A stretch of DNA of 46,323 nucleotides from a virus (lineage: Duplodnaviria; Caudoviricetes): the IMG/VR virus record IMGVR_UViG_3300012352_000462, positions 1 through 46,323 of that record. One strand, 5' to 3'. The number at the start of each line of letters is the position of its first letter. The first letter of the stretch is position 1. A model generated the notes under the pieces. It had not been told where the DNA came from, ran no database searches, and saw only the letters and a program-made list of their open reading frames with translations. A program made the translations under genes and the position numbers. Below, piece after piece: positions 23,909 through 33,840 of this stretch.

Positions 23909-24972
23909 TGTCACGACTTCCATTTGGTATTTTATCTAGTAGCTCTGGAGGGTTAACTGTGACGGCCACTAAGGCCACACTAACATCAGATGCAGATTAC
24001 TATTATCTAACTTATACAGATACTACTCCAATTTCTGGAACAACTACTGGGCTATTAGAGGTTACTGGTGGCGTTGTTCCAATTAGCTATTTGTTGGTTG
24101 CAGGAGGTGGAGGTACTTCTGGGATTTCTAATGTTGGAACGGCGTATACCCAATGGAATTGCTATTATCATAGCTATGGCTGCGATTGGGACGGCAATTG
24201 TTTCTATTATAATTATTACTGCGATGATGCTCAAAATATTTCTATTTATCGTTCTGCATCTGGCGGTGCTGGTGGAGTACATAACGGAGATATCACACTT
24301 AATCCTGGATCATACAGCTTTGTAGTAGGTAAAGCAGGTCGTGGTGCACCAGACGGACTAACTGGGGAGCAGGGAAAGAACAGTTCTGCATTTGGGGCAA
24401 TAGCACTTGGTGGCGGTGCTGGGATTGTTAGCTCAGTGTCCAACTCACTAAGAGATGGTGGATCTGGAGCTTCGGCAGGTGGCCTCGCCCTAACCCAAAC
24501 ACCTATTGTCGGAGGTACAGCTCGTGGCAATAATGGATCTAGTGGTAACTTCGATGCTCCTCAGAGTATAAAACCTTACGGAAACATTTCTTGCGTCACT
24601 GCAGTATCTTATGGATATTTTAATAGTTATAGCTCTAATAGCTGCTATGAAAGTCAGGGCACTGGCGGTGCACCATTGGGTTCTGGAGTTGGCTGGGGCT
24701 TGAGTCCTTATGCACATAGCAGTGCCCCTCTTGGTTCTCAAAATTGGATTTCAGCACCAACTACTATATTAGGTATAACACTTCTTGGAATGACAGTTGG
24801 GGTTGCTGGCAGCTCTCCAGACGTTTATACTACTACAGATGGACCTGGACAGACAATATATCCAGGATCTGGGGCTGGAACTAATCAGAATTCAAACCAG
24901 AGGGCAACCGATGGGGTAATTAGGATAAGAATTGCAAAATCAACTAATGCACAGGTAACGGTGACATCTTAA
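23908..24972 (+). CDS. Glycine-rich receptor-binding tip protein with Tyr/Cys-rich inserts
   Basis: YLLVAGGGG...GGAGG...Y...VG..G, NSSAFG..A.GGG, DGVIRIR frame of phage Gly-rich domains. Confidence 0.7.
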   Translation: MSRLPFGILSSSSGGLTVTATKATLTSDADYYYLTYTDTTPISGTTTGLLEVTGGVVPISYLLVAGGGGTSGISNVGTAYTQWNCYYHSYGCDWDGNCFYYNYYCDDAQNISIYRSASGGAGGVHNGDITLNPGSYSFVVGKAGRGAPDGLTGEQGKNSSAFGAIALGGGAGIVSSVSNSLRDGGSGASAGGLALTQTPIVGGTARGNNGSSGNFDAPQSIKPYGNISCVTAVSYGYFNSYSSNSCYESQGTGGAPLGSGVGWGLSPYAHSSAPLGSQNWISAPTTILGITLLGMTVGVAGSSPDVYTTTDGPGQTIYPGSGAGTNQNSNQRATDGVIRIRIAKSTNAQVTVTS

Positions 24973-25571
24973 TGGGTAATAATTTCTTGTACATTCCAGA
25001 ATCAGATAGCTGGAATCCAGTCGAAATATCAGAGTCTGGACTACCACTCACACCAGAAATAATAAAAATAGTTGAGCAAAGAGATGCTCCAGCTAATATA
25101 GATCAAAACCTTATAGAAGGTATTCAAAGAAATTGTGAAGAGCTTGCCAAGAGCATACCATTACCAGTTGGTTCGATTATGGTCACATTTGACTGCGATT
25201 CTGGTGAGTGGGTTGCTAACGACAGACTTTCTTTGGTAGACTATCACTCTTCGGACATTCAGGAGTGGCCATCTTGGACCCAAAAAGATAACAGTAGATG
25301 GTACGCACCAGTAGATCCAGAAGACTCAAACTTTCCACAAGCTTGGGATGAGGTAGAACAATCTTGGTATGAGATGCACCCACCTAAAACATTCGAAACC
25401 ATAAAATCAGCAGATATTCAGTTGTTTCCATCTTGGAGTTTATCAGAAGACGGTCTTTGGCATGCACCAGTAGATCCACCAAGCAATGATATACTGTATA
25501 TCTGGGATGAGTCAAACTCCGAATGGCTCACTGTTAGTCAGGCAAGAGAAAGATACGGCGATCGTGGTTGA
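24972..25571 (+). CDS. Fibre-assembly chaperone-like protein, duplicated motif
   Basis: PSW......W.APVDP......WDE..Q/S.W twice. Confidence 0.65.
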   Translation: MGNNFLYIPESDSWNPVEISESGLPLTPEIIKIVEQRDAPANIDQNLIEGIQRNCEELAKSIPLPVGSIMVTFDCDSGEWVANDRLSLVDYHSSDIQEWPSWTQKDNSRWYAPVDPEDSNFPQAWDEVEQSWYEMHPPKTFETIKSADIQLFPSWSLSEDGLWHAPVDPPSNDILYIWDESNSEWLTVSQARERYGDRG

Positions 25572-25800
25572 TAACTTTATAGATATGTCTAACCTAGAAG
25601 CTAATCAACCAAAATCAATAGTAAAGATTCTCAGGTTTACTCAAGAGAGAGACTTTGTTATAGAGGTTGCAGGGGATGTTTCTGACGAAGATGTAATAAA
25701 TGATTTCAAGTCAGGTAGGTACTCTGAGTCAGATGCAACATTGATAACCCAAAGAGTTCCAATAGAAAGCATAATAATCGAGAAATCATATAGGTGGTAA
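25564..25800 (+). CDS. Hypothetical protein (start uncertain)
   Basis: 3' part of ORF 25486-25800, filling the gap in the cassette. Confidence 0.55.
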   Translation: MVDNFIDMSNLEANQPKSIVKILRFTQERDFVIEVAGDVSDEDVINDFKSGRYSESDATLITQRVPIESIIIEKSYRW

Positions 25801-25802
25801 CT

Positions 25803-25976
25803 ATGGAAAACAGAGTTGACATAGGCGTAGCAACAGATAGATTGAAGACTTGCTACTCTTGCGAATTCTTTTCTAAGGAAACAAAAACTTGCGATAAGTG
25901 CGGATGCTTTATGCTGCTAAAAGTAAAAGTTCCATCAGCAGAGTGCCCTGTTCATAAATGGGCAAAGAGTGACTAA
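25803..25976 (+). CDS. Small Cys-rich protein (DUF6171-like), paralogue 3
   Basis: RLKTCYSCE...CDKCGCFM.LK......CP..KW; AGGTGG SD. Confidence 0.8.
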   Translation: MENRVDIGVATDRLKTCYSCEFFSKETKTCDKCGCFMLLKVKVPSAECPVHKWAKSD

Positions 25977-26022
25977 GAGTTTTCATTGCTGTTTTGCCAA
26001 ACAAATAGGGTATAATTAAACT

Positions 26023-26874
26023 ATGTTAGTTAGAATTCAGCAAAGAAGGGGTCTGTCTACAGAATGGACGGCATCTAATCCAATTCTTGCAGACGGAGAA
26101 ATCGGTATTGAAACAGATACTGACAAGTACAAAATTGGTGATGGTACGTCAACCTGGTCTACACTACCATATAACGTAAACCTTGCCTATATTGCTGCTA
26201 ACTATATCCCAATCATTGCTGCAGGTCAGCCAACTGGAATAGCCACACTAGACGCAACTGGAAACATTCCTGTATCTCAGCTAGGCAACGTAATTGACGG
26301 TGCACCAGCTTTGCTAAATACTTTAAATGAGATAGCCCAAGCTATTGACGACAACGCAAACTTTGTTGACACAATCGAAGGAATGATTAACCTAAAGGCA
26401 AATGCTGCATCTCCAGTATTTACAGGAAGCCCAGATTTTACTGGAACAACATCAGTCTTAGGAATCTCTCAGGTTCCTGCACAAACATCATCAGATAAGT
26501 TTTTATATACAAATGGAACATCAGCTTCATGGATTGATCTTAATCTAGACACGGTTAAGAATGTAGATCTATCAGCACAGGTAGCACTCACCGATGGCGA
26601 TGTTCTATCTTATAATGGATCTACCCAGAAGTGGACAAACTTTCCGCCATCATCACTGGTTGGACCAGAAGGCCCAGTTGGCCCTGGAATCGCTATCTTA
26701 GGAACATTTGATTCATATGCTCAGTTAACTGCTGCAGTACCATCTCCAAGCAAAGGAGATGCCTATAGAGTTCTAGATAACGTGTATAGCTATAGTGGTA
26801 CTGCGTGGATAAATGCTGGACCTTTGCTACAGGGTGCGTTTGCTATTAACCCATTATTTTTTGCTGGCTGGTAA
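26023..26874 (+). CDS. Tail fibre protein with Mtd/hyaluronidase-type N-terminal anchor domain
   Basis: IQQRRG...EW...NPILADGEIGIETDT.KYKIGDG...W..LPY; GAPALLNTLNEIA. Confidence 0.8.
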   Translation: MLVRIQQRRGLSTEWTASNPILADGEIGIETDTDKYKIGDGTSTWSTLPYNVNLAYIAANYIPIIAAGQPTGIATLDATGNIPVSQLGNVIDGAPALLNTLNEIAQAIDDNANFVDTIEGMINLKANAASPVFTGSPDFTGTTSVLGISQVPAQTSSDKFLYTNGTSASWIDLNLDTVKNVDLSAQVALTDGDVLSYNGSTQKWTNFPPSSLVGPEGPVGPGIAILGTFDSYAQLTAAVPSPSKGDAYRVLDNVYSYSGTAWINAGPLLQGAFAINPLFFAGW

Positions 26875-26901
26875 TCAGCTTTCGTGTGGTAAAATATATC
26901 T

Positions 26902-29900
26902 ATGTCCACATCATCTAACCTGTATGCCGAAAAGGTATTTGCAGAGCATCCAATCGCCATGTGGGCATTTGACGAACCTATCGATTACATATCTCTTATA
27001 GATGAATCGGATAGGAACATTTCTTCTTGGACCATTCAAAATGGATCAGTAATATCTCAGCCACAGTCATCACTTTTAAAGCAGATGAAGCCATTCACCG
27101 ACAGCTCCCTGCTGTCATTTTCTGGTGCAGCTGGTCCAGTTCCATTCAAGGACATCACGCTGATAAGCCAAGATCTGTTTTCTACCTCACAGCTTGACCA
27201 ATCCAAAGAAACGTTTACTATTGGAACATACATGTACTCCGCAAGTCCATATGTTATGGGGTATGAGATTGGTTATGAGTATACGGTTTCAGGTCAGACA
27301 AAGCAAACACTGCGTTTCTTTAATTCAACCATCTATGATCAGTGGCTATTTATATCAGAAACATTTAAGATTCCTCAGCTAGCAACGAATATTAGAGCTG
27401 TAATTAAAGCCAGGTATTCTATTGATCCATCCAACCCACTACCTGCATACGTATTCTTTATGAATGGTTTGTCTATTGGGCAGTGGTCTGAAGAGTTCAA
27501 CACATATTCTTTGGGTGTAAACCCATCACAGTATTCTACAATATCCACACCATCATTTTCTGGCACTGGAGTTAAGGCATATGCTTATGGCAAGGAAGAT
27601 AAGTATGGATATTATATAGCAGACTCACAAAAGCTATATGCTAAGAATTTCGGTGTTCCACTAGTTTTTGGTTCTGGTAATGTTACCAGGGTTTACCCTA
27701 ATGGCAGTAATCCATCCATAATAGTACCAGGTAATGGATTTCTAAATGATTCAGGTAGATTTCAAGAGTATACTCTAGAAGCCTGGGTTAGAGCTAATCC
27801 AAACAGCAATAGCCTTATTAGAATTATTGGACCACTTGGCTCAACAAACGGTATCTACATAAATGGTCCTTTTGTCACGCTTGTGATTGGAGATAGTGTA
27901 CAGTCTCATTATGTTGGTCAATGGTTTAGACCAATTCTACTAGACTTAAAGCTAGGTATAGACTATGCAAATCTTTCTGTTAACTCAGAGCAGGTAATCT
28001 CAATATCTTTTGATACCACGACTCTAGACATGAATGCGATCGATAATGACTGGATTGGTATTTTTGGACATCAAGATCTGCCATTGCTAGAAGTAGATGT
28101 TCTTGGAATTTATCCATATCAGGTACCAGGAATTTTGTTAAAGAGAAGGCTTGGATACGCACAAGCTGTAGAGTCACCAGAAGGCGTAAACCGTGCATAC
28201 GGTGGCGTTGTAGCTGCTATTGACTATAAGTTTGCAGATTATACAAATAATTATTCATACCCACTAACTGGAAAGTGGAGTCAGGGTATCCTAGAGAATG
28301 TTAGTGTAGACATGGACATACTCGGACCGCCAAAGTACTCTGACCCAGAAATAGTACTAGAGTCAAATGATTATGCTTCGTGGATATCATCTCAGAATAT
28401 TGCAGCTAATGGTCAAAACTCATTTATTAAGTTTGGCTCAAGCACATCAGATGGATATGCTTACATAGATTCTTTTAGGCTTCCATTTCAAGAGATATCG
28501 GCAATATACGGAATATTCAAGGTAGCATCGCTAGATCAAAATACAACAAAGACCCTGATAAGGATTGAGAATCAGCTAACCAATAGCTCATTCTTGGTTC
28601 AGCTTGTTGGTGGCTCAGTACAGTACAAGTTCACTTCTTGGGGGCAAGAAAGAAACCTATACTACAAAAATGGAATTCTGGCAAATACCATGTTCTTTGC
28701 TGGCGTTAATATTAAGGATGTATCAGACTTCTTTGGTGAAGATCTAGAGTCATTCTTTGCCAACAGGCAACAGCTTAAGATATACGTTGGTAACGATAAA
28801 AATCTATCCAGCCAGTTCGATGGACAAATACACAAGATTGGTGTATGTACCTATAGAAACTCATACAAGATATCAGATCTGTTTGATAATATCGAGCTAG
28901 AGGCAACAGATGTTTATGCAGATGGTGGTCAGCCAGGAACAGAGTCGTGGGAGTATGTAATCGATGGCGGTACACCAGAGTCATTTACTGACGAGCAACT
29001 ACTTTCTCACATAGCCAGTTATACAGTAATAGCAAAGAGTAATTTTGGCAAAACGTATTTAGATATTGAGACAGATTCGTACTGGGAAGACTACATTCCA
29101 CTTACCTATTTTGGACAATACGTTAGCGACATTTTTGACAAGAAGTATTATGACCTAGACTTTATTCAGTTTAACATTGACTATCCTGTATTTAAGAAGT
29201 TTAATGGATCAGTTTATAACACAGAGGATAGTCTAGTAAAGACATATGTCTCATTCCAATACATAGCTTCTGGTGCAAACGCTAGCGTAGAATATTTCTC
29301 TTCAGTAGAGGGAATGCCTAAGAATGGTGTAGTTATTCCAGGTGAAGACTGGATGCACACAAAGTATGAAGTCATAGACGGTGCAATTATTTATCCACCA
29401 AAGGATGTATCCATTGAGTCACTAGCTCTAGTTACTCACCTAGAGATGTCTGTTAGTGGAATTAAGACTAACCCAGTTGGAATCAAAAAGGTAGAGTACG
29501 CATCAGAGGCGTTCAATGACTTTACAGCTAACCCAGTTGGAACTAAGTATGGCGTACCACTTTATCCATACAGCCAGTACGCATCACAGTTTGACTATAA
29601 GTCTCAGAATCCATTTAGAATTTATAAGGGAACAACACCACACCTATACCTGACAAATGATAGTGGTATTAATCGTGTTGGAGATTATAGCTCAATTGTT
29701 CCAAAGGGTATATCTATACCAATAAACCAAGGCTCCGCTGAGCAGTACAGGGTTATTGCTATGCAAATGTTTATGCTTTATAATAAGGATGCTTTCTCGT
29801 CACAGGCAATCCAGCTGTTTGAGATTTCTGGAACAGACAAGTACCTCAGATTCTATGTAAAGGCAAACGATAGAACTGGTAAGCGAGGAAGGTTGTATGC

Positions 29901-30399
29901 TGTAAATGCCAGCACAGGTACAACAGAGGACGGAATTGCATTCTATATTAATGGTAACTTGGTTAGAGATCCAGTGATTTCCCTAAATGAGTGGACATCT
30001 ATTGGAATTTCGTTTGCCACGACATTCTCCTTTGATGAATACCCAGGAGCAATCAGGCTAACAGATACAGTGCTGTTTAACAATGTTGCTTACTACGAAT
30101 CCACAAGCTTGCAAGAAATTCAGCGTCAATCAAAGAGAACCTGGTCTAGAGTTTTCACAGAATATGAAGACTGGCTAAACCTGTTGCAGGCATCCCTTAC
30201 AGGTAACTTCTTGTGGAATGATGTTCTAGTTACATCATCAGTTAGCTTCTTTGGCATAAGTCCTGGGGATATCTATAAGGCATATATTGGTATCAATAAG
30301 GAATTAGTAGAGGGTGCAGAAGAGCTTCTTATTGGCGATGCAGAAGTTAGACTGTTTACTGACGTTGAGTGGTCCACAAATACAATAACTCCAGTATAA
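26902..30399 (+). CDS. Large minor tail/baseplate protein, 1165 aa (lectin/LamG-like segments likely)
   Basis: ORF track; EHPIAMWAFDE and YTLEAWV motifs; leaderless start. Confidence 0.65.
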   Translation: MSTSSNLYAEKVFAEHPIAMWAFDEPIDYISLIDESDRNISSWTIQNGSVISQPQSSLLKQMKPFTDSSLLSFSGAAGPVPFKDITLISQDLFSTSQLDQSKETFTIGTYMYSASPYVMGYEIGYEYTVSGQTKQTLRFFNSTIYDQWLFISETFKIPQLATNIRAVIKARYSIDPSNPLPAYVFFMNGLSIGQWSEEFNTYSLGVNPSQYSTISTPSFSGTGVKAYAYGKEDKYGYYIADSQKLYAKNFGVPLVFGSGNVTRVYPNGSNPSIIVPGNGFLNDSGRFQEYTLEAWVRANPNSNSLIRIIGPLGSTNGIYINGPFVTLVIGDSVQSHYVGQWFRPILLDLKLGIDYANLSVNSEQVISISFDTTTLDMNAIDNDWIGIFGHQDLPLLEVDVLGIYPYQVPGILLKRRLGYAQAVESPEGVNRAYGGVVAAIDYKFADYTNNYSYPLTGKWSQGILENVSVDMDILGPPKYSDPEIVLESNDYASWISSQNIAANGQNSFIKFGSSTSDGYAYIDSFRLPFQEISAIYGIFKVASLDQNTTKTLIRIENQLTNSSFLVQLVGGSVQYKFTSWGQERNLYYKNGILANTMFFAGVNIKDVSDFFGEDLESFFANRQQLKIYVGNDKNLSSQFDGQIHKIGVCTYRNSYKISDLFDNIELEATDVYADGGQPGTESWEYVIDGGTPESFTDEQLLSHIASYTVIAKSNFGKTYLDIETDSYWEDYIPLTYFGQYVSDIFDKKYYDLDFIQFNIDYPVFKKFNGSVYNTEDSLVKTYVSFQYIASGANASVEYFSSVEGMPKNGVVIPGEDWMHTKYEVIDGAIIYPPKDVSIESLALVTHLEMSVSGIKTNPVGIKKVEYASEAFNDFTANPVGTKYGVPLYPYSQYASQFDYKSQNPFRIYKGTTPHLYLTNDSGINRVGDYSSIVPKGISIPINQGSAEQYRVIAMQMFMLYNKDAFSSQAIQLFEISGTDKYLRFYVKANDRTGKRGRLYAVNASTGTTEDGIAFYINGNLVRDPVISLNEWTSIGISFATTFSFDEYPGAIRLTDTVLFNNVAYYESTSLQEIQRQSKRTWSRVFTEYEDWLNLLQASLTGNFLWNDVLVTSSVSFFGISPGDIYKAYIGINKELVEGAEELLIGDAEVRLFTDVEWSTNTITPV

Positions 30400-30417
30400 T
30401 ATGGTATACTTGTGGTT

Positions 30418-30795
30418 ATGATAAACAATAAACCACGCTTTCCTGGTCAGGTTGGCGACACAAAAGTACAGGTTATTAAAGAAAATTTCTCAAATTTTGG
30501 CACATATGTCTGGGTAAAGCCAAACGGTAAGCCATTTACAGATGGTCAAGGCAATGCTTTGTCTATCGAAGGTATGAAAGATGATACCTCAAGAATTAAA
30601 GAGCTTGCGGATGCAGCAAGATACTGGGGTCAAGAAGAGGGCCGTGCAGTATTCTACCCAAACATGCGTAAGATTTCTGACGAAGAGCACTCTGAGCAGG
30701 TAGACCGCATGAAGCAAGGTCTTATCCCTAGCATGAATGACCTAGGTGCAGTGATTGCTGCTAAGAAGACTCTAGAGCTTTATGGAGATGAGTAA
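30418..30795 (+). CDS. Hypothetical protein directly upstream of portal
   Basis: ORF track; TGGTATACT-N7-ATG; TAATG coupling to portal. Confidence 0.75.
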   Translation: MINNKPRFPGQVGDTKVQVIKENFSNFGTYVWVKPNGKPFTDGQGNALSIEGMKDDTSRIKELADAARYWGQEEGRAVFYPNMRKISDEEHSEQVDRMKQGLIPSMNDLGAVIAAKKTLELYGDE

Positions 30796-32417
30796 TGACT
30801 GAGTATGTGATTGGTGCTAGCCTTCCAGATTTTGAGCAAGAGCAAGACATTTTTAAGGCTCGTGACCCATTTGTTAAGACATGGGATAACCTAAAGAGTT
30901 TTTCAGGACTAGACAAGAATTTTAAGAGACGCTCAGAAAGAGTATCAAAGGCATTTGAATCAGCTGTTCCTAATGGCGTAAACGTTAATGACCTAGGATA
31001 TATCGATTCAGCTTTGGCGATTCCTTCAGGCATTGACGGTGCAAAGTCAAAGGAAATTAATCCAGGAACAGTTTACAGCAATGGCTACAGCATGTTCGAC
31101 GTTATTACTCCGCCATGGAACTTGTATGAGCTAGCGAATTACTACGACACATCGTTTGCTAATCACGCAGCTATCGATGCTAAGGTAGAAAATATTGTTG
31201 GCCTAGGATATGACTTCCATATCTCAGACAAGACTACGTTAAGGCTAGAGGCTGAGGATGACTCTGATAAGGTACGCAGAGCTAGAAAGCGTATTGAAAG
31301 ATCAAAGATTGAGCTTCGTGACTGGCTAGAAAACCTAAACAACGAAGAGTCATTTACAACAATCATGACTAAGATTGTTACAGATCTGCAAGCAACTGGC
31401 AATGGCTATATGGAAATTGGTCGTAAGACTAATGGCGACATCGGCTACATAGGCCACATCCCATCTACTACAATGCGTGTGCGTAGATTGCGTGACGGAT
31501 TTGTTCAGATTATTGGACAGAAGGTTGTTTACTTCCGTAATTTCGGGGCAACTAATGCAAATCCAATTACATCTGACCCACGTCCTAATGAGATTATTCA
31601 GTTTAAAGAATACTCTCCTCTAAATACTTACTATGGTGTGCCAGACATTATGTCTGCTATTTCGTCTCTACATGGCGATCAGCTGGCATCTCAATACAAC
31701 ATCGATTACTTTGCTAATAAAGCAACTCCAAGATATATCGTTACCCTGAAGGGTGCAAGACTTTCTGCAGATGCAGAAGATAAGCTATTTAGATTTTTGC
31801 AAACAAACCTAAAGGGCCAGAACCACAGGACCCTGTATATTCCACTTCCTGGAGACTCAGACAGCAACAAGGTCGAGTTCAAGATGGAGCCAATTGAGAA
31901 TGGCGTACAGGAGGCATCGTTCAAAGAGTATCGTAAGCAAAACCGTGATGACATCCTGATTGCCCACCAAGTACCACTTTCTAAGATTGGTGGTGGAGAT
32001 TCAGCTGCCATCGCTGCTGCTTTGTCACAGGATCGCACATTCAAGGAGCAGGTAGCTAGACCAGCACAGAAGACTCTAGAAAAGATGATCAATAGAATTG
32101 TTCGTGAATATACAGATATCCTAGAGCTTAAGTTTAACGAGCTAACTCTAACAGACGAGATTGCACAGTCACAAATTCTTGAGCGTTATGTTCGTAACCA
32201 GATTATGGTTCCTAACGAGGCTCGTGAAGTTCTTGGCTTGCCTCAGCGTAGCGATGGAGATGACCCATTTGAGATGACATCTAGACAGGCTACAGATGCA
32301 AGAGCAAACACCGCAGAAACTAGAAATAGGGATGCAGAGAGGGTTGCTGGTCAGTCAGATGGTGAAGCCACTATTGCTGGAAGAAATCCTCAAGGTGAAG
32401 GTGCACGTAATCAATAA
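30795..32417 (+). CDS. Portal protein
   Basis: DLQATGNGYMEI, EIIQFK.YSP...YYGVP, YNIDYFAN.ATP, ILIAHQVP..KIG, MVPNEAREVLGLP. Confidence 0.9.
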   Translation: MTEYVIGASLPDFEQEQDIFKARDPFVKTWDNLKSFSGLDKNFKRRSERVSKAFESAVPNGVNVNDLGYIDSALAIPSGIDGAKSKEINPGTVYSNGYSMFDVITPPWNLYELANYYDTSFANHAAIDAKVENIVGLGYDFHISDKTTLRLEAEDDSDKVRRARKRIERSKIELRDWLENLNNEESFTTIMTKIVTDLQATGNGYMEIGRKTNGDIGYIGHIPSTTMRVRRLRDGFVQIIGQKVVYFRNFGATNANPITSDPRPNEIIQFKEYSPLNTYYGVPDIMSAISSLHGDQLASQYNIDYFANKATPRYIVTLKGARLSADAEDKLFRFLQTNLKGQNHRTLYIPLPGDSDSNKVEFKMEPIENGVQEASFKEYRKQNRDDILIAHQVPLSKIGGGDSAAIAAALSQDRTFKEQVARPAQKTLEKMINRIVREYTDILELKFNELTLTDEIAQSQILERYVRNQIMVPNEAREVLGLPQRSDGDDPFEMTSRQATDARANTAETRNRDAERVAGQSDGEATIAGRNPQGEGARNQ

Positions 32418-32471
32418 AACATGTTATAATATTTTTATAATTAAATAAAAAGCGTGTATAATTAAGGTAGT

Positions 32472-33815
32472 ATGACTATAGCAAAAGCCCAATGGAATAC
32501 AGACGGAGAAGATGTCCGTCTGTCTATGCCTTTTAGTAAGGTAGATAAGGAACGTCGTATCGTTTCTGGCTTTGCTACACTCGATAACGTAGACAAGCAA
32601 AATGACATTGTTACTCCAGAGGCATCTCTAAAGGCCTTCCAAAAATTCCGTGGTAACATTCGTGAAATGCACCAGCCAATATCTGTAGGCAAGATGGTAT
32701 CATTCAAGGAAGACAAGTACTTTGATCCAGAAACCAAGAAGATGTATTCTGGAGTTTACGTTTCTGCATATATTTCAAAGGGTGCTCAAGACACCTGGGA
32801 AAAAGTTTTGGATGGAACCCTATCTGGATTCTCTATTGGTGGTAGAATGAATAAGTGGGATGATGCCTTCAATACAGAAATGGACAAGCAGGTAAGAGTT
32901 ATTAAAGATTATGACCTAACCGAGCTATCTCTTGTAGATAATCCAGCTAACCAGTTTGCGAACATCCTATCGATTCAAAAAGTTGATGGGGTAGATGTGC
33001 TTAGTGGAGATGTAACCGATACGGTTATTGAAAATGTATTTTGGGATAAAGATTCCAACCTTGTTATGCTATCTGAGAATGACAGCGAAGTAAGTCCAAC
33101 CACTGGTAAGCCAATGGAAAATATTGGATTTGTTGAGAAGTCTGACTCAGGCAAGCAAGACATGATAAAGTTCTTAGTTGATAGTGCTAAAGGCATTGAT
33201 CTTTCTAAGATGACAGAGGAGGTAGGTCCTATGACTGAAACAACTGAAAATACAGTTGAAGAGGTTGCAGCAGAAGAAGTTGCAATCGAATCAGCAGAGG
33301 TCGCTCCAGAGGCAGAAGCTACAGCTGACGATGTAGTAGTCGAAGACACAACTGACGTAGAAAAGTCAGATGATGTTGAAGCTACAGCAGATGCAGAAGA
33401 AGCTGCAACTGTTACAGAAGATGCTAGTGAAGCCACTTCTGATGCTACTACTGAAGTTGAGGCTGACGTAGAAAAAGCTGAGGATGTTAATGCTTTGGTT
33501 TCTGAAATCAAAGATGGTCTAGCATCAGCCTTTAGCGATCTATCAGCAGTCGTTAAATCATTAAATGATGAACTTGCTGAACTAAAGAAGTCAATCGGAG
33601 GTGTTGAGACTCGCCTGAACGCAGTTTCAACTGACGTTAACACCGTAAAGAATGACTTTGGTAATATTGGAAAGCGTGTAGATGCCGTTGAGGCAGACAC
33701 AGCTTTTCGTAAATCTGGCGATCTAGGCGAGATCGTACAGGACAGTCAGATAGAAAAATCTGACAAATCCCCATGGGGCGGACGTTTCCTCAAAACTGCC
33801 GACTTATTTCGATAA
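32472..33815 (+). CDS. HK97-type prohead protease fused to an acidic coiled-coil scaffold
   Basis: IVSGFA..DNVDKQNDIV, IREMH, GTLSGFSIGG, ELSLVDNPAN. Confidence 0.9.
   Translation: MTIAKAQWNTDGEDVRLSMPFSKVDKERRIVSGFATLDNVDKQNDIVTPEASLKAFQKFRGNIREMHQPISVGKMVSFKEDKYFDPETKKMYSGVYVSAYISKGAQDTWEKVLDGTLSGFSIGGRMNKWDDAFNTEMDKQVRVIKDYDLTELSLVDNPANQFANILSIQKVDGVDVLSGDVTDTVIENVFWDKDSNLVMLSENDSEVSPTTGKPMENIGFVEKSDSGKQDMIKFLVDSAKGIDLSKMTEEVGPMTETTENTVEEVAAEEVAIESAEVAPEAEATADDVVVEDTTDVEKSDDVEATADAEEAATVTEDASEATSDATTEVEADVEKAEDVNALVSEIKDGLASAFSDLSAVVKSLNDELAELKKSIGGVETRLNAVSTDVNTVKNDFGNIGKRVDAVEADTAFRKSGDLGEIVQDSQIEKSDKSPWGGRFLKTADLFR
33231..33815 (+). CDS. Nested in-frame scaffolding protein (internal start)
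   Basis: GAGGAGGT SD 7 nt before an in-frame ATG at the start of the acidic region. Confidence 0.6.
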   Translation: MTETTENTVEEVAAEEVAIESAEVAPEAEATADDVVVEDTTDVEKSDDVEATADAEEAATVTEDASEATSDATTEVEADVEKAEDVNALVSEIKDGLASAFSDLSAVVKSLNDELAELKKSIGGVETRLNAVSTDVNTVKNDFGNIGKRVDAVEADTAFRKSGDLGEIVQDSQIEKSDKSPWGGRFLKTADLFR

Positions 33816-33840
33816 AGTTAAATCACTTAGGAGGTGACAA

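Noticed and set aside
24145-24650. Complete diversity-generating retroelement
   Set aside because: No reverse transcriptase and no TR/VR repeat pair visible in the window
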